The notes beneath the pieces were generated by a model. That model searched no databases, was not told the DNA's origin, and saw only the letters and a program-made list of their open reading frames with translations. 24,605 nucleotides of DNA from Chthonomonadales bacterium (GTDB taxonomy: Bacteria; Armatimonadota; Chthonomonadetes; Chthonomonadales; CAJBBX01): NCBI GenBank assembly GCA_049967475.1, contig JBMFSQ010000022.1:1-24605 (forward strand), written 5' to 3'. Numbering within the stretch: position 1 is the first letter of the stretch; each line of letters opens with the position of its first letter. The position numbers and the translations under genes were made by a program. Of the stretch, positions 8,851 through 18,167 are shown piece after piece.

Positions 8851-9830
8851 AGAGAGTGCTCCAAAAAGCTGTGGATGCCATCGGCGAGGCGCGTAGAGTG
8901 GTTATTGCCTCCCACGTCAATCCGGACGGCGACACGCTCGGGAGCGCATTGGCGATAGGCCGCGCGCTTCGGAACATGGGCAAGGAGGTCACGCTCCTTT
9001 CTCACGATGGCGTTCCGGAAATCTATAGGTGGATGCCTGGCCAGGAGTGCATCCTGCGCCGCACGCAGGAGCGGTCCTTCGACCTCGCCATCGTATGCGA
9101 CACCGGCACGCTCGACCGGATTGGCGACGCGCGCCCTGCTGTAGAGGCGGCTCGAAGGACGATAGACATAGACCACCACGTCGCCGAGGGAGCCTTCGGC
9201 GAGATACGCATCGTGGATCCGCGGGCAGCGGCTACCGGAGAGCTCGCCTATGCCCTGCTCAGGGCACTCCATGCTCCCATGGATCAGGCGGTGGCGGATT
9301 GCCTCATGTGTGCCATCGTTACCGACACTGGGTCGTTCCGCTTTCTGAACGTAACGCCCAACACCCTGCGCATCGCGGGCGCCCTCCTGCGCCTTGGCGC
9401 CCGCCTCTCCCTTATCGGAGACCTCGTCTTCGAAGATCGGTCCCTTGCGAGCCTCAAACTCTTGGGCCGGGCATTGGATGCTCTTCAAGTGACGCCGGAC
9501 GGCGCCATCGCGTGGGCTCACGTGCGGGCAACCGACTATCTGGAGCTGGGTGCGTCCGACGAAGACACAGAGGGAATTGTAAACCACATCCGATCGGTGC
9601 GAGGAGCCCGCGTAGGCATCCTCTTCCGCGAGATCCCCGGCAAGAAGGTGCGTATCAGCCTTCGGGCAAAGGAAGGCGTGGACGTCAACGAAATTGCTGC
9701 GGTCTTCGGTGGAGGAGGCCATATGCTCGCAGCAGGATGTACGCTGGATCCTCCCCTCGAACAAGCCGAGGAGTTGGTGTTGGCCGAGGTGCGCCGCCGC
9801 CTGGGCACTCCAGAGCCCGCTGAAGTGTGA
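8847..9830 (+). CDS. nrnA: DHH-family oligoribonuclease/PAP phosphatase
   Basis: HVNPDGD, IDHH, TDTGSF, GGGHMLAAG; usual position between rbfA and truB; ATGA overlap with rbfA. Confidence 0.93.
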   Translation: MKRVLQKAVDAIGEARRVVIASHVNPDGDTLGSALAIGRALRNMGKEVTLLSHDGVPEIYRWMPGQECILRRTQERSFDLAIVCDTGTLDRIGDARPAVEAARRTIDIDHHVAEGAFGEIRIVDPRAAATGELAYALLRALHAPMDQAVADCLMCAIVTDTGSFRFLNVTPNTLRIAGALLRLGARLSLIGDLVFEDRSLASLKLLGRALDALQVTPDGAIAWAHVRATDYLELGASDEDTEGIVNHIRSVRGARVGILFREIPGKKVRISLRAKEGVDVNEIAAVFGGGGHMLAAGCTLDPPLEQAEELVLAEVRRRLGTPEPAEV

Positions 9831-9919
9831 ATTTGGGCAGCCATCGCGGCCTCTTGCTCTCGTCCAAGGCGGTCGGTGAGGTTCGAGTTCAGATTGGGTT
9901 TCCAACTACCGGAACAGAG

Positions 9920-10840
9920 ATGGTGCAGGGCATCCTACCCTTATTCAAACCAGAAGGCGTCACCTCCCATGACGTCGTAAACCGGGTGCGGCGCATCCTC
10001 GGAGTGCGCCGGGTGGGGCATACGGGAACGCTGGATCCCATCGCCACGGGCGTGCTGGTTGTATGCGTGGGTGAGGCAACGCGCTTGGCCGAATACCTCA
10101 GTGTCCATGGGAAGGTCTACCGTACGCGCATCCGTCTCGGCTTGACCACGGACACGCAGGACCGCACAGGACAGGTGCTCTCTACTGTAGATGCGTCTGG
10201 TATCGGGGAAGCGGATGTGTTGCGCGCTCTGGAGCGGTTCAAAGGGCGCATTGAGCAGGTACCGCCTATGACGTCTGCACGCCGGTACCAAGGGAAGCGG
10301 CTCTATGCGTTGGCGCGTGCAGGCCGCGAAGTGGATCGGCCGGCCCGAGCGGTCACGATTGCCAGGTTGGACCTGTTGGCCTTTGAGCCTGGACCTCAGC
10401 CTGCCGTGGACCTCGAGGTGGAGTGCTCGGCAGGGACGTATATTCGCACCCTTGCTGCCGATTTGGGGGCGGCGCTCGGCGTAGGGGGTACGATGGAAGA
10501 TCTGGTCCGAACGCAGGCTGGGCTGGTTCGCCTGGAGGATTGCGTAACGCTGGAGCAACTGGAACAATTGCAAGCATGCGGCCGATTGCCGGACGTGTTG
10601 CGGCCGCCTGCGTGGGCCATGAGGGATTGGCCTAGAACCACTGTCAATCCTCGGGAAGCAGAGGCGCTTCGTTGCGGCCGCACTTTGCCTATTCCAACCG
10701 GGGATTTGCCGGTGGGCCTTGTGTTGGCGCTGGATGAGGGCGGGAATGTGGTCGCCATTGTTCGGTGGAACGGGCAAAAGATCCGCCCGCAAAAGGTGTT
10801 CGGGGTGAGCGCAGCTCCTGATTGCTGCCGCAGCAAATAG
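9920..10840 (+). CDS. truB: tRNA pseudouridine(55) synthase
   Basis: KPEGVTSHDVV, GHTGTLDPIATGVL, CSAGTYIRTLA. In-frame GTG at 9827 overlapping the nrnA stop is an alternative start. Confidence 0.97.
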   Translation: MVQGILPLFKPEGVTSHDVVNRVRRILGVRRVGHTGTLDPIATGVLVVCVGEATRLAEYLSVHGKVYRTRIRLGLTTDTQDRTGQVLSTVDASGIGEADVLRALERFKGRIEQVPPMTSARRYQGKRLYALARAGREVDRPARAVTIARLDLLAFEPGPQPAVDLEVECSAGTYIRTLAADLGAALGVGGTMEDLVRTQAGLVRLEDCVTLEQLEQLQACGRLPDVLRPPAWAMRDWPRTTVNPREAEALRCGRTLPIPTGDLPVGLVLALDEGGNVVAIVRWNGQKIRPQKVFGVSAAPDCCRSK

Positions 10841-10876
10841 GCCCGTGATCAGCCCACTGAGACCACCGGAGGGATT

Positions 10877-11832
10877 GTGATGGAGATTTGGCGGGGACTG
10901 GGAACCATCCGGCATCCGTTTGAGGCGTCCGCAGTGGCCATCGGCGTCTTCGACGGGATCCATCTCGGCCACCAGGCGCTCATCAATGCTGCTGTTCGCG
11001 ACGCACGCGCGGCGGGGCGGCCGGCGGTCGTATTTACGTTCGACCGCCATCCTGCGGAACTCATCAATCCCCTTCATGCCCCTCCCTGCATCACGCCTCC
11101 AACGCGCCGGGAAGAATTGATGCGCAGCACAGGTGCGGATCACCTTGTGGTTGCCCGCTTCGACACCCGCTTCCGCAGCCTTTCGCCGGAGGCGTTTCTG
11201 AGGTTCGTCCTGGCCGGGGTTCTTGGCTGCCGGTCGGTCTTTGTTGGGCCGGATTTTCGCTTCGGATGCGACCAGGCGGGGACTGCTGAGTATCTGGTAG
11301 AAGCCGGCTCCCGGCTGGCCTTTGCCGGCCACGTGATCGCTCCGGTGATGGTGGATGGGGAACGTGTGTCAAGCACCCGCATAAGAGAATTGATCCAGGA
11401 GGGAAGCGTCGAGCGGGCTTCGGAGTTTTTGGGCCGCCCGTATGCCCTGGAGGGTTCGGTGACGCGTGGCGATGGATTGGGAAAGAAGCTCGGCTTTCCC
11501 ACAGCCAACATCCGGCCATTCACCTGTCAAGTGATCCCCGGAGACGGCGTTTACGCGGCGTGGGTCCTGTGGCGCGGCGCCCGGTACTTGGGAGCGTGCA
11601 GTATCGGCACGCGGCCCACTGTGGGCGGTACGGACCGGAGGATCGAAGTGCATGTGCTGGATTTGGACGCAGACCTGTACGGAGAACGCCTCGAAGTGGA
11701 ATTCGTCGCCCGCGTCCGCGGACAGGAACGTTTTCCGTGCCTGGAGGATCTGGTGGAGCGAATGCAGCAGGACGTCGTCGCAATACGCCGGGTTCTGCAC
11801 AATGCGTCGGATGGGCACGCGCGGAGACTGTG

Positions 11833-11833
<1 letters not shown>
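10877..11833 (+). CDS. ribF: Bifunctional riboflavin kinase/FAD synthetase
   Basis: GVFDGIHLGHQ, VSSTRIR, LGFPTANI, IGTRPTV, IEVHVLD. Confidence 0.97.
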
Positions 11834-13198
<1,365 letters not shown>

Positions 13199-13222
13199 CT
13201 AGTCTGTTCGTTCATCGAACGG

Positions 13223-13238
13223 TGCTGTTCATGTGCCA
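13223..13238 (-). promoter_or_regulatory. Candidate sigma54 (-24/-12) promoter for glnB
   Basis: Minus strand TGGCACATGAACAGCA: perfect TGGCAC and GG-N10-GC spacing, 36 nt upstream of the ATG. The -12 box is CAGC instead of TTGC. Confidence 0.5.
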
Positions 13239-13340
13239 CGCCCCGCCGGCATGGGTCCGGAGCGCAGCTGCCACAGGGTGCAATATGCCCCCGCCGAAAT
13301 GCCCCGGGACTAACTCCGTCAGACGCTCGTACTCGTGGCA

Positions 13341-14351
13341 TCAGATCCGCGTCCAATCGAAGATCACCCCTAGAGCCTCGGAACGGCGTTCGCGAAGCAT
13401 GGCGTAGGCTTCCGGCGCTTCGTGAGGCGCGTAGCGGTGCGTCACCAGGTCGCTTACGCGCATATCGCCCCGCTGAACATAATCGAAGAAGAGATCCGCC
13501 ATTCGGTGATGATCCCAAACAGTGGGATCGGCGCCGGTTTGGGGAGCGTTGCTGTCATGGGAGCCGATAATGCGCAGCCCGCGCGTGACGACGTCTGGTG
13601 TGAGGCATTGTTTGGCGGGCGAGCCTGTGTCTCCAAGCAAAACGACCTTCCCTAACCGGCGGGCCATTCGCAGGCAATGTGGGAAGACGTCTGCGTGGCC
13701 GGTTACGTCGTAGACGACGTCGCCGCCGCCTCCGGTAAGCCGATGGACTTCGTCCACGGCCGAGGCGGCATCCATGGGCAGCGTATGAGTGGCTCCATGC
13801 CGGCGGGCCATTTCGAGCCGGAGATCGGCGGTATCTACCGCTACCACCATGCGGGCGCCCATGAGCCGTGCGTATTGCACCACCAGTTGCCCCAGCAGCC
13901 CCAACCCAACAACTACTACCGCATCGCCCAGACTGTGTTCCGCCCGGCGCACAGCAATCTGAACGATGTTGGCAAGGCCGAACCACGCTGCATCTTCATC
14001 CGCAATGCCGGCCGGCACAGGGTAGAGGCTCTCGGCGGAGATTACGGTGAATTGACGGTGGTTTGCCCGCGCAGCCACTCGGTCGCCAGGATGAAACCCC
14101 TTCACTTCGGAACCGACAGCCACCACCCGGCCTACGAAGCTGTAGCCGGGGTGGAACGGATAGCGGACCCAGCGGTCCCAATGGGTGCCGGGATCGTACA
14201 GCCGGCTCAAGATGATGCCTTCGGTGCCGGTGCTGATCAGCGTGCAACGCGCTTCCAGCAGGACCTCGCCTGGCCCGGGTTCCGGCGTGGGCTCTCTGAT
14301 GACTTCCACCTGGTTCCTGCCGGTGAAAACGATGCTCCACCCGTCTTTCAT
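13341..14351 (-). CDS. MDR-superfamily dehydrogenase (sugar/polyol-type, lacking canonical Zn ligands)
   Basis: ISTGTE and PGYS replace the C..D/GHE motifs; Rossmann GLGLLG; VYDVTG. AGGAG upstream of ATG 14351. Confidence 0.88.
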   Translation of the reverse strand: MKDGWSIVFTGRNQVEVIREPTPEPGPGEVLLEARCTLISTGTEGIILSRLYDPGTHWDRWVRYPFHPGYSFVGRVVAVGSEVKGFHPGDRVAARANHRQFTVISAESLYPVPAGIADEDAAWFGLANIVQIAVRRAEHSLGDAVVVVGLGLLGQLVVQYARLMGARMVVAVDTADLRLEMARRHGATHTLPMDAASAVDEVHRLTGGGGDVVYDVTGHADVFPHCLRMARRLGKVVLLGDTGSPAKQCLTPDVVTRGLRIIGSHDSNAPQTGADPTVWDHHRMADLFFDYVQRGDMRVSDLVTHRYAPHEAPEAYAMLRERRSEALGVIFDWTRI

Positions 14352-14585
14352 TGGATCATTCTCCTGGCCGGGAACTTGGGACGCGGCTGGGCCGCCGCCG
14401 TTTTCATGGAGCCGCCGCCGCTTCCCTCGTACCCGGTTCCTATCCCGGGGTCTAGAGCCGTGCCCGAATGCAGCCGCAGTTCGAGATTCAATTGGCGATG
14501 CTGTTGTCCGCACGCCGCACAGGAAGGATCCTGGCGGGTGCACGGCCAACATATCAGCGACCAATCCGCGGCTGGAGACCTGTTC

Positions 14586-16589
14586 TTGATATCATCTTCG
14601 CGTGACACGTCCTCTACTCCTGCACCCACTATAGCAGAAGTGCCGGCGCATCGAAAGCCCGTCCGAATGGTTACGTGGCGTGCAGTGCTCCTCGCCCTCT
14701 GCATCATGCCGTTCAACGCTTATTGGGTCATTCGGATGGAGGTGGTGCGGTATTCCGGACACCCCACCACCATCTCTTTGTTTTTTAATGTCGTCTTCAT
14801 TTTAGCCGTGCTGCTGGCGGCCAATGCATTGGTTAGACGCCTGGCGCCGCGGCGGGCCTTGGCTCCCGGCGAGCTGCTGACGGTCTACATCATGCTGGCA
14901 CTCGCTTCGGCTATTTCGGGACATGATATGATCGAGGTCCTTACCCCGATCCTGGCCCATGCTTCCTACTTCGCGCGGCCGGAGAATGGCTGGGGCAGCG
15001 ATATCGTACCCTATCTGCCGAACTGGCTTTCGGTGAAGGATCCGCGCGCGCTTTATGAGTTCTACACAGGCACAGGATCCCTCTACCATAGCTACAATTT
15101 GAGGGCGTGGGGCATCCCGGTTCTTTGGTGGACGGCGTTCCTTGGGGTGCTGGGGTTCTTGATGCTCTGCATCAACACGCTCCTTCGGCGCCAATGGACG
15201 GAAAGTGAGAGGTTGGCCTATCCCCTGGTTGCTCTCCCTCTGGAGATGGTCAACCCGAAGACAGGTCTGTTCCGCACACGCTTGTTCTGGGCAGGTGTAA
15301 TCCTTTCGGCAGCGCTGGAGCTCTGGAATGGGCTGGCGTACCTGTATCCATCCTTGCCGATGCTCCCGCTGAAGCGCTTCGGGCCCCAACAAGACCTCAA
15401 CTCCTACATCACTGCGCCGCCCTGGAACGCCATAGGCTGGACCCCGATGGCGCTTTACCCGTTTGGCGTGGGGCTAGGGATGCTCCTACCGGTGGATCTG
15501 CTGTTTTCGGCGTGGTTTTTCTCCTGGATCTGGAGGCTGGAGCGGGTAGTCGGTGCAATGTACGGATACTCGGACATCCCGGGCTTTCCTTACACCGAGG
15601 CTCAATCCTTCGGCGCCTATATTGGGATCGCGGCATTCGCACTGTGGGTGAGTCGGCGCAACCTCTGGCAGATCATAACCGGGTTCTTCGACCGGAATGC
15701 GGACCTTCGGGATGCCGGCGAGCCGTTGCCCTTCCGCTGGGCTCTGGCAGGCATTCTTGTAGGTTCCTGCGCCGTGTATCTTTTCTGCCGGGCCGCCGGA
15801 ATGAGCCCATCGGTGATCGCAGCGTTCTTCCTAATCTACTTTGCCCTCTCCATCGCCATAACGCGCATGCGGGCAGAGCTTGGCCCTCCAGCGCATGATC
15901 TGCATATGGCAGGTCCCGACTCGATCCTGCCGGGCGTTGCCGCGCCGAGCACATTCACCCGAAATGATCTCACGATGTTCTCCATGTTTTATGGGTTCAA
16001 CCGCGCCTATCGGGCGCACCCCATGCCGATCCAACTCGAGGGCTTCAAAATGGCCGAGCGCACTGGAGGCGCATACCGCCCCCTGTTCTTTGCCATGATG
16101 CTGGCCCTAGTCTTCGGAGCGCTTTGCGCTTTCTGGGCCGATCTGGACCAGTCCTACCGGGTTGGTGCGGCAGAAAAGATCGCCCCACCGAACGTCCAGC
16201 TCATCTTCGGCAGTGAACCTTGGAACCGGATGCGATCGTGGATCTATGCCGCCCCTTCGGCCCAACAACGGTTCAACACGCGGGTAGCCATCGGCGTGGG
16301 TTTCCTCATCACCCTCGTACTCAATGCCATCCGCGTGCGTTCGGCCTGGTTCCCCTTCCACCCCGTGGGGTACGCCGTGTCCAGTTCCTGGTCCCTCAGC
16401 CTGCTGTGGTTCCCGCTCTTTGTTGCGTGGGCCATCAAGCTGTTCCTGCTGCGCTATGGCGGGCTTGCCCTCTACCGGCGGTCACTTCCTTTCTTTCTCG
16501 GGGTGATTTTGGGGGAGTGCGTGCTCGGGTCCTTGTGGATGCTGGTAGGGATCGCCTTCAATATCCCAACCTATGCATTCTGGCCATAG
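14586..16589 (+). CDS. Large polytopic membrane protein, DUF6785/DUF6784-type (putative OPT-related transporter)
   Basis: Many hydrophobic segments; VTWRAVLL, RRQWTESERLAYPL, TRMRAELG, WFPFHPVGYA, IKLFLLRYGG, PFFLGVILGE. Start uncertain (GTG 14538, TTG 14586 after GGAG, or ATG 14667). The 970-aa track ORF is over-extended antisense to the dehydrogenase. Confidence 0.8.
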   Translation: MISSSRDTSSTPAPTIAEVPAHRKPVRMVTWRAVLLALCIMPFNAYWVIRMEVVRYSGHPTTISLFFNVVFILAVLLAANALVRRLAPRRALAPGELLTVYIMLALASAISGHDMIEVLTPILAHASYFARPENGWGSDIVPYLPNWLSVKDPRALYEFYTGTGSLYHSYNLRAWGIPVLWWTAFLGVLGFLMLCINTLLRRQWTESERLAYPLVALPLEMVNPKTGLFRTRLFWAGVILSAALELWNGLAYLYPSLPMLPLKRFGPQQDLNSYITAPPWNAIGWTPMALYPFGVGLGMLLPVDLLFSAWFFSWIWRLERVVGAMYGYSDIPGFPYTEAQSFGAYIGIAAFALWVSRRNLWQIITGFFDRNADLRDAGEPLPFRWALAGILVGSCAVYLFCRAAGMSPSVIAAFFLIYFALSIAITRMRAELGPPAHDLHMAGPDSILPGVAAPSTFTRNDLTMFSMFYGFNRAYRAHPMPIQLEGFKMAERTGGAYRPLFFAMMLALVFGALCAFWADLDQSYRVGAAEKIAPPNVQLIFGSEPWNRMRSWIYAAPSAQQRFNTRVAIGVGFLITLVLNAIRVRSAWFPFHPVGYAVSSSWSLSLLWFPLFVAWAIKLFLLRYGGLALYRRSLPFFLGVILGECVLGSLWMLVGIAFNIPTYAFWP

Positions 16590-16610
16590 GACGCACCGCG
16601 CGAACCATCC

Positions 16611-16629
16611 GCAGATTAGGTGAGCCTAA
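16611..16629. promoter_or_regulatory. DtxR/IdeR/MntR-like operator, copy 1
   Basis: Core TTAGG-TGAG-CCTAA perfect inverted repeat; 13/19 match to TTAGGTTAGSCTAACCTAA. Confidence 0.6.
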
Positions 16630-16659
16630 ATCGGAAATGCGCTATGCTGCGCGATATAA

Positions 16660-16689
16660 TTGACAGGTTCAACTAATCTAAAGTACTCT
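16660..16689 (+). promoter_or_regulatory. Sigma70 promoter overlapped by a second DtxR-like box (16663-16681)
   Basis: TTGACA-N18-TACTCT; ACAGGTTCAACTAATCTAA matches the DtxR consensus 13/19 and covers the spacer. Confidence 0.55.
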
Positions 16690-16745
16690 CCAGGGGATGC
16701 CGACGGCTGAAGTGCGTCGTGCAACCGATCAAAAGGAGAGACAAT

Positions 16746-17456
16746 GTGACGACGTTTCGTGTATTCGCTTCCCGCATCACATTCCTTGCTTGGGCTTTGT
16801 TGCTGGCTGCATCGGCGCGCAGCGATATCCGGGATTTCCCCTTCACATACGATTGGCAGCAGCCGGCGAGGAATGAGAAGGAGCTGGAACTCCACGGAGC
16901 CTATTTCGGCGCTTCCAACCTGCAGGTGCATCAGATCGAGATGGAGTGGGGCATCACGGATCGGTTTTCGGCTGCGCCCTATTTGGTGTTTCACAACGGC
17001 GGCGGTCGCGGATTGCATCTGGATGCAGTGAAACTGGAGACGCGATACCAATTGGGCGTGTACGCGCCGGGCCGTCTTCTGCCTGGCCTCTATGCGGAGA
17101 TCGAAAAGGCGATGGACGAGCCCGCGGAGCTCGAGGCAAAGCTCATCGTGTCTCGATACGACAACGCCGGGAACGACCTCTCACTGAACTACATCGTGAA
17201 GCGGGGCCTCGGCAAGGAGGGTGCTACAACGCATGCCTACTCCTTGGCTTTCGCCGGATCCCTGCGCCGCACGGATGCCCGCCTCGGCATCGAGCTCATA
17301 CACGACCTGAGCACGGGACGCATCAACGCGGGCCCGACGATCGGCTTCAGGCCGATCCCGTCCGTATGGTTGGTGGCTGGGTACGCTTTGCCGGTCAATG
17401 GTCGAGAGAACAACCGGGGCGAGCTGCGCGTTATTGCCGAATACCAGTGGTTCTAG
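16746..17456 (+). CDS. Putative outer-membrane beta-barrel protein (DUF6662-like)
   Basis: AGGAG then GTG 16746; signal peptide ending ARS/D; alternating hydrophobic strands; EMEWGITDRF; C-terminal AEYQWF beta-signal. Confidence 0.75.
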   Translation: MTTFRVFASRITFLAWALLLAASARSDIRDFPFTYDWQQPARNEKELELHGAYFGASNLQVHQIEMEWGITDRFSAAPYLVFHNGGGRGLHLDAVKLETRYQLGVYAPGRLLPGLYAEIEKAMDEPAELEAKLIVSRYDNAGNDLSLNYIVKRGLGKEGATTHAYSLAFAGSLRRTDARLGIELIHDLSTGRINAGPTIGFRPIPSVWLVAGYALPVNGRENNRGELRVIAEYQWF

Positions 17457-17556
17457 GCACTTTCTAGGCATGCGCGAGAACCCTGCCTATGCCTCCAACG
17501 TACTGTATCTATGCGGCGGTGGGCTTGGGTCCCCATCAAGGCTGAGGTATGGAACA

Positions 17557-17627
17557 AAGGATCAGAGGCTGGAAGCGGTACATGCGGGCACACCTTGGGG
17601 CGATGCGCTCCCCGGCCTCTGATCCTT
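17557..17627. other. Long inverted repeat / structured leader
   Basis: AAGGATCAGAGGC (17557-17569) is perfectly complementary to GCCTCTGATCCTT (17615-17627), extended by further pairs; no U-tract. Confidence 0.75.
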
Positions 17628-17643
17628 GGCTGGGAGTTGTGCT

Positions 17644-17946
17644 ATGGGTCAGGTGCTCACGGTTCGGTACGGAGAAGGAGATGTTATCGAACAGCTCTTT
17701 CAGTTGAAGGTGTCTGCACTGAGGAACCATGACGTGCCTGCGTTGTGGCGCCTCACGGAGGAACTGCTGGATCTGGCCATTTCTGTGGCCCGCGCCAAGG
17801 ATCGGTGGCCTGCGCGGTACGTGACGGAAAGCAGGCTGTTCGACGTTCCAGTGGATTTCGTGCGGTCTATGCCTCACCTGTTGTGTGAGGATTACGTGGT
17901 TTACCCCTATGCGGTGAAGCCTCCACGCATCATTCTCCCTCACTGA
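17644..17946 (+). CDS. Hypothetical protein, 100 aa
   Basis: GGGAG 7 nt before ATG; globular-looking composition (MGQVLTVRYGEGDVIEQLF...); fills the gap between two genes. Confidence 0.7.
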   Translation: MGQVLTVRYGEGDVIEQLFQLKVSALRNHDVPALWRLTEELLDLAISVARAKDRWPARYVTESRLFDVPVDFVRSMPHLLCEDYVVYPYAVKPPRIILPH

Positions 17947-18073
17947 TGCCCGGCCGAAGGCGGGAGCCCAAAGGGTTCCACAGCTTTCCGAGGCATCCTT
18001 CGGCTAACCGGCTCCCTTAGAGTGAAGAAGGCGGATCCCTCGCCGGCTGTTTCGGCATCCTGCGCTGGTGCGG

Positions 18074-18099
18074 AGGAACCGCCGGGATCTGCGGGGAAT
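18074..18099 (+). promoter_or_regulatory. AGGA-N18-GAAT promoter motif facing the Gfo/Idh/MocA gene
   Basis: ggAGGA-accgccgggatctgcggg-GAATa. Confidence 0.5.
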
Positions 18100-18167
18100 A
18101 TGAAGCGGCCCTCAGGATCCTATGGATGTTCCTGTGGCCGCCGCATCAGACAGGGAGGCTATTAACT

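Noticed and set aside
9850..9905. tRNA-like words (TCGTCCAAGGCGGT, GGTTCGAGTTC) between nrnA and truB
   Set aside because: No anticodon arm, acceptor stem or proper T-stem; the stretch is also in frame with truB.
8583..11332. Long minus-strand ORFs (440 and 463 aa); similar ones at 3365-4345, 20753-21913 and 21615-22583
   Set aside because: Shadows of well-supported genes on the opposite strand.
13266..13282. NtrC site upstream of glnB
   Set aside because: Only the GGTGCA half matches, and it is unusually close to the -24 box.
13677..14585. Apparent 300-aa N-terminal domain of the 970-aa membrane ORF
   Set aside because: Mostly antisense to the MDR dehydrogenase; an open-frame artefact of GC-rich codon usage.
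18031..18092. Cloverleaf-like fold (GCGGATCCC/GGGATCTGC closing stem)
   Set aside because: Lacks the TTC loop, D-loop GG and a valid anticodon stem; overlaps a promoter motif.
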